A stretch of 64,000 nucleotides of DNA from Catajapyx aquilonaris (taxonomy: Eukaryota). A model generated the notes under the pieces. It had not been told where the DNA came from and did no database searches. It saw only the letters and a list, made by a program, of their open reading frames with translations. The translations under genes were made by a program, and so were the position numbers. Below, piece after piece: positions 63,082 to 64,000 of this stretch; positions within the stretch are counted from its first letter, which is position 1; every line of letters starts with the position of its first letter. The DNA lies in assembly GCA_000934665.2 (NCBI GenBank), contig JYFJ02001345.1:1-64000 (forward strand). The letters run 5' to 3'.

Positions 63082-63599
63082 TGAACATTTCACATTCTGA
63101 ATCGATCCCAACAATTTCCATGACGCAACCGAGGAAGGGTGGGTTCACCCCCTCAAAAAAAAAAAATGACACCTGGCAAGGTACACCCAATGCCATAAAA
63201 TATTAATTTGACATTGGGTGTACCTTGGCAGAAAAATTTCCGAAACAATGTTCCCTGCCCCAGTGTTACCTCCTGAAACTTTGCAAGCACCTCAATCGCA
63301 AGGCCCTAAAAATATTTTGGCTCTAGGACCAGGACCCAGCTGCCTTTTCAACCTCTCCCCACACCCACAACCCACAAAACCCGAACCCTGCCAAGAAGTC
63401 TGTGCGTAAGGGGAAAAGAAAGAAAGAAAGAAAAAAAAAATTGACATGGGCGCCCAGGTGACGTTACTCGACAAGGGCGGGCGTGGTCATGAAATAATTC
63501 GCGGAATTCAACTCACACAATGTATGCAAAATTGTCGCCAAATTGGTCCAACGCAATACCCTAAAGAGCAGTGAAATTGACATTTATTTTTTAAATTAA

Positions 63600-63940
63600 A
63601 TAAATGAAACTAAATCAAAAACCCTCGCTTCACTCACATTTCTCTAGGGGCCGCCTTTTCTAGTTAGGTCAATTTTGTTAATTTTTATTATGGTAGTGAA
63701 ATAAATGAAATCAAAAACCCACGCTTCGCTCCCCCTTTTCTATTGGGCTTACGCTTTTCCAAGTTAATTTTGTTAATTTTGATTACTTAAAATTTAAGTA
63801 ATCAAAGTTAACAAATTGAACTAGAAAAAGCGCAAGCCCAATAGAAAAGGGGGAGCGAAGCGAGGGTTTTTGATTTGATTGATTTAAGACTGAAATCAAA
63901 TCAAAAATCCTCGCTTCGCTCACATTTTTCTATTGAACGC
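63600..63940. repeat. Foldback-type modular repeat with a ~165-bp palindrome
   Basis: Unit AAATCAAAAA(C/T)CC(T/A)CGCTTCGCTC recurs at ~63612, ~63708 and ~63898, and inverted at ~63853-63876. The arms pair around the centre ACTTAAAATTTAAGT (~63790). Confidence 0.75.
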
Positions 63941-64000
63941 AGGCCTGGAAACTCCCTCCCTTTTTCTAGTTAAATATTTATTACCTAAATCAACTTCGCT

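Overview
Gene-dense, intron-containing eukaryotic DNA, most likely from an arthropod or other protostome (it carries a divergent ionotropic receptor and Sap47/woc-like genes). Gene models were built by hand from splice sites and recognised motifs, without database searches. In order: a mariner remnant, STK40 (-), RPF2 (+), a short asparaginase-domain gene with altered catalytic motifs (-), SYAP1/Sap47 (-), ZMYM/woc (+), MRPL19 (-), RPP38 (+), a Regnase/ZC3H12 RNase (-), FAAH2 (+), and AMD1/SAMDC (-, first exon outside the window) with an intronless ionotropic receptor nested antisense in one intron. MITE-like hairpins, SINE remnants and mini/microsatellites are also present. Best leads: (1) the AMD1 UGA is followed by a ~76-nt cUUCGg stem-loop and a 100-codon in-frame tail, a candidate readthrough element; (2) the Regnase appears to carry N4BP1/KHNYN-type tandem KH domains; (3) the asparaginase-domain protein looks like a pseudoenzyme and abuts RPF2 tail-to-tail; (4) there is a possible AMD1 poison exon and an in-frame, intron-split uORF in woc.
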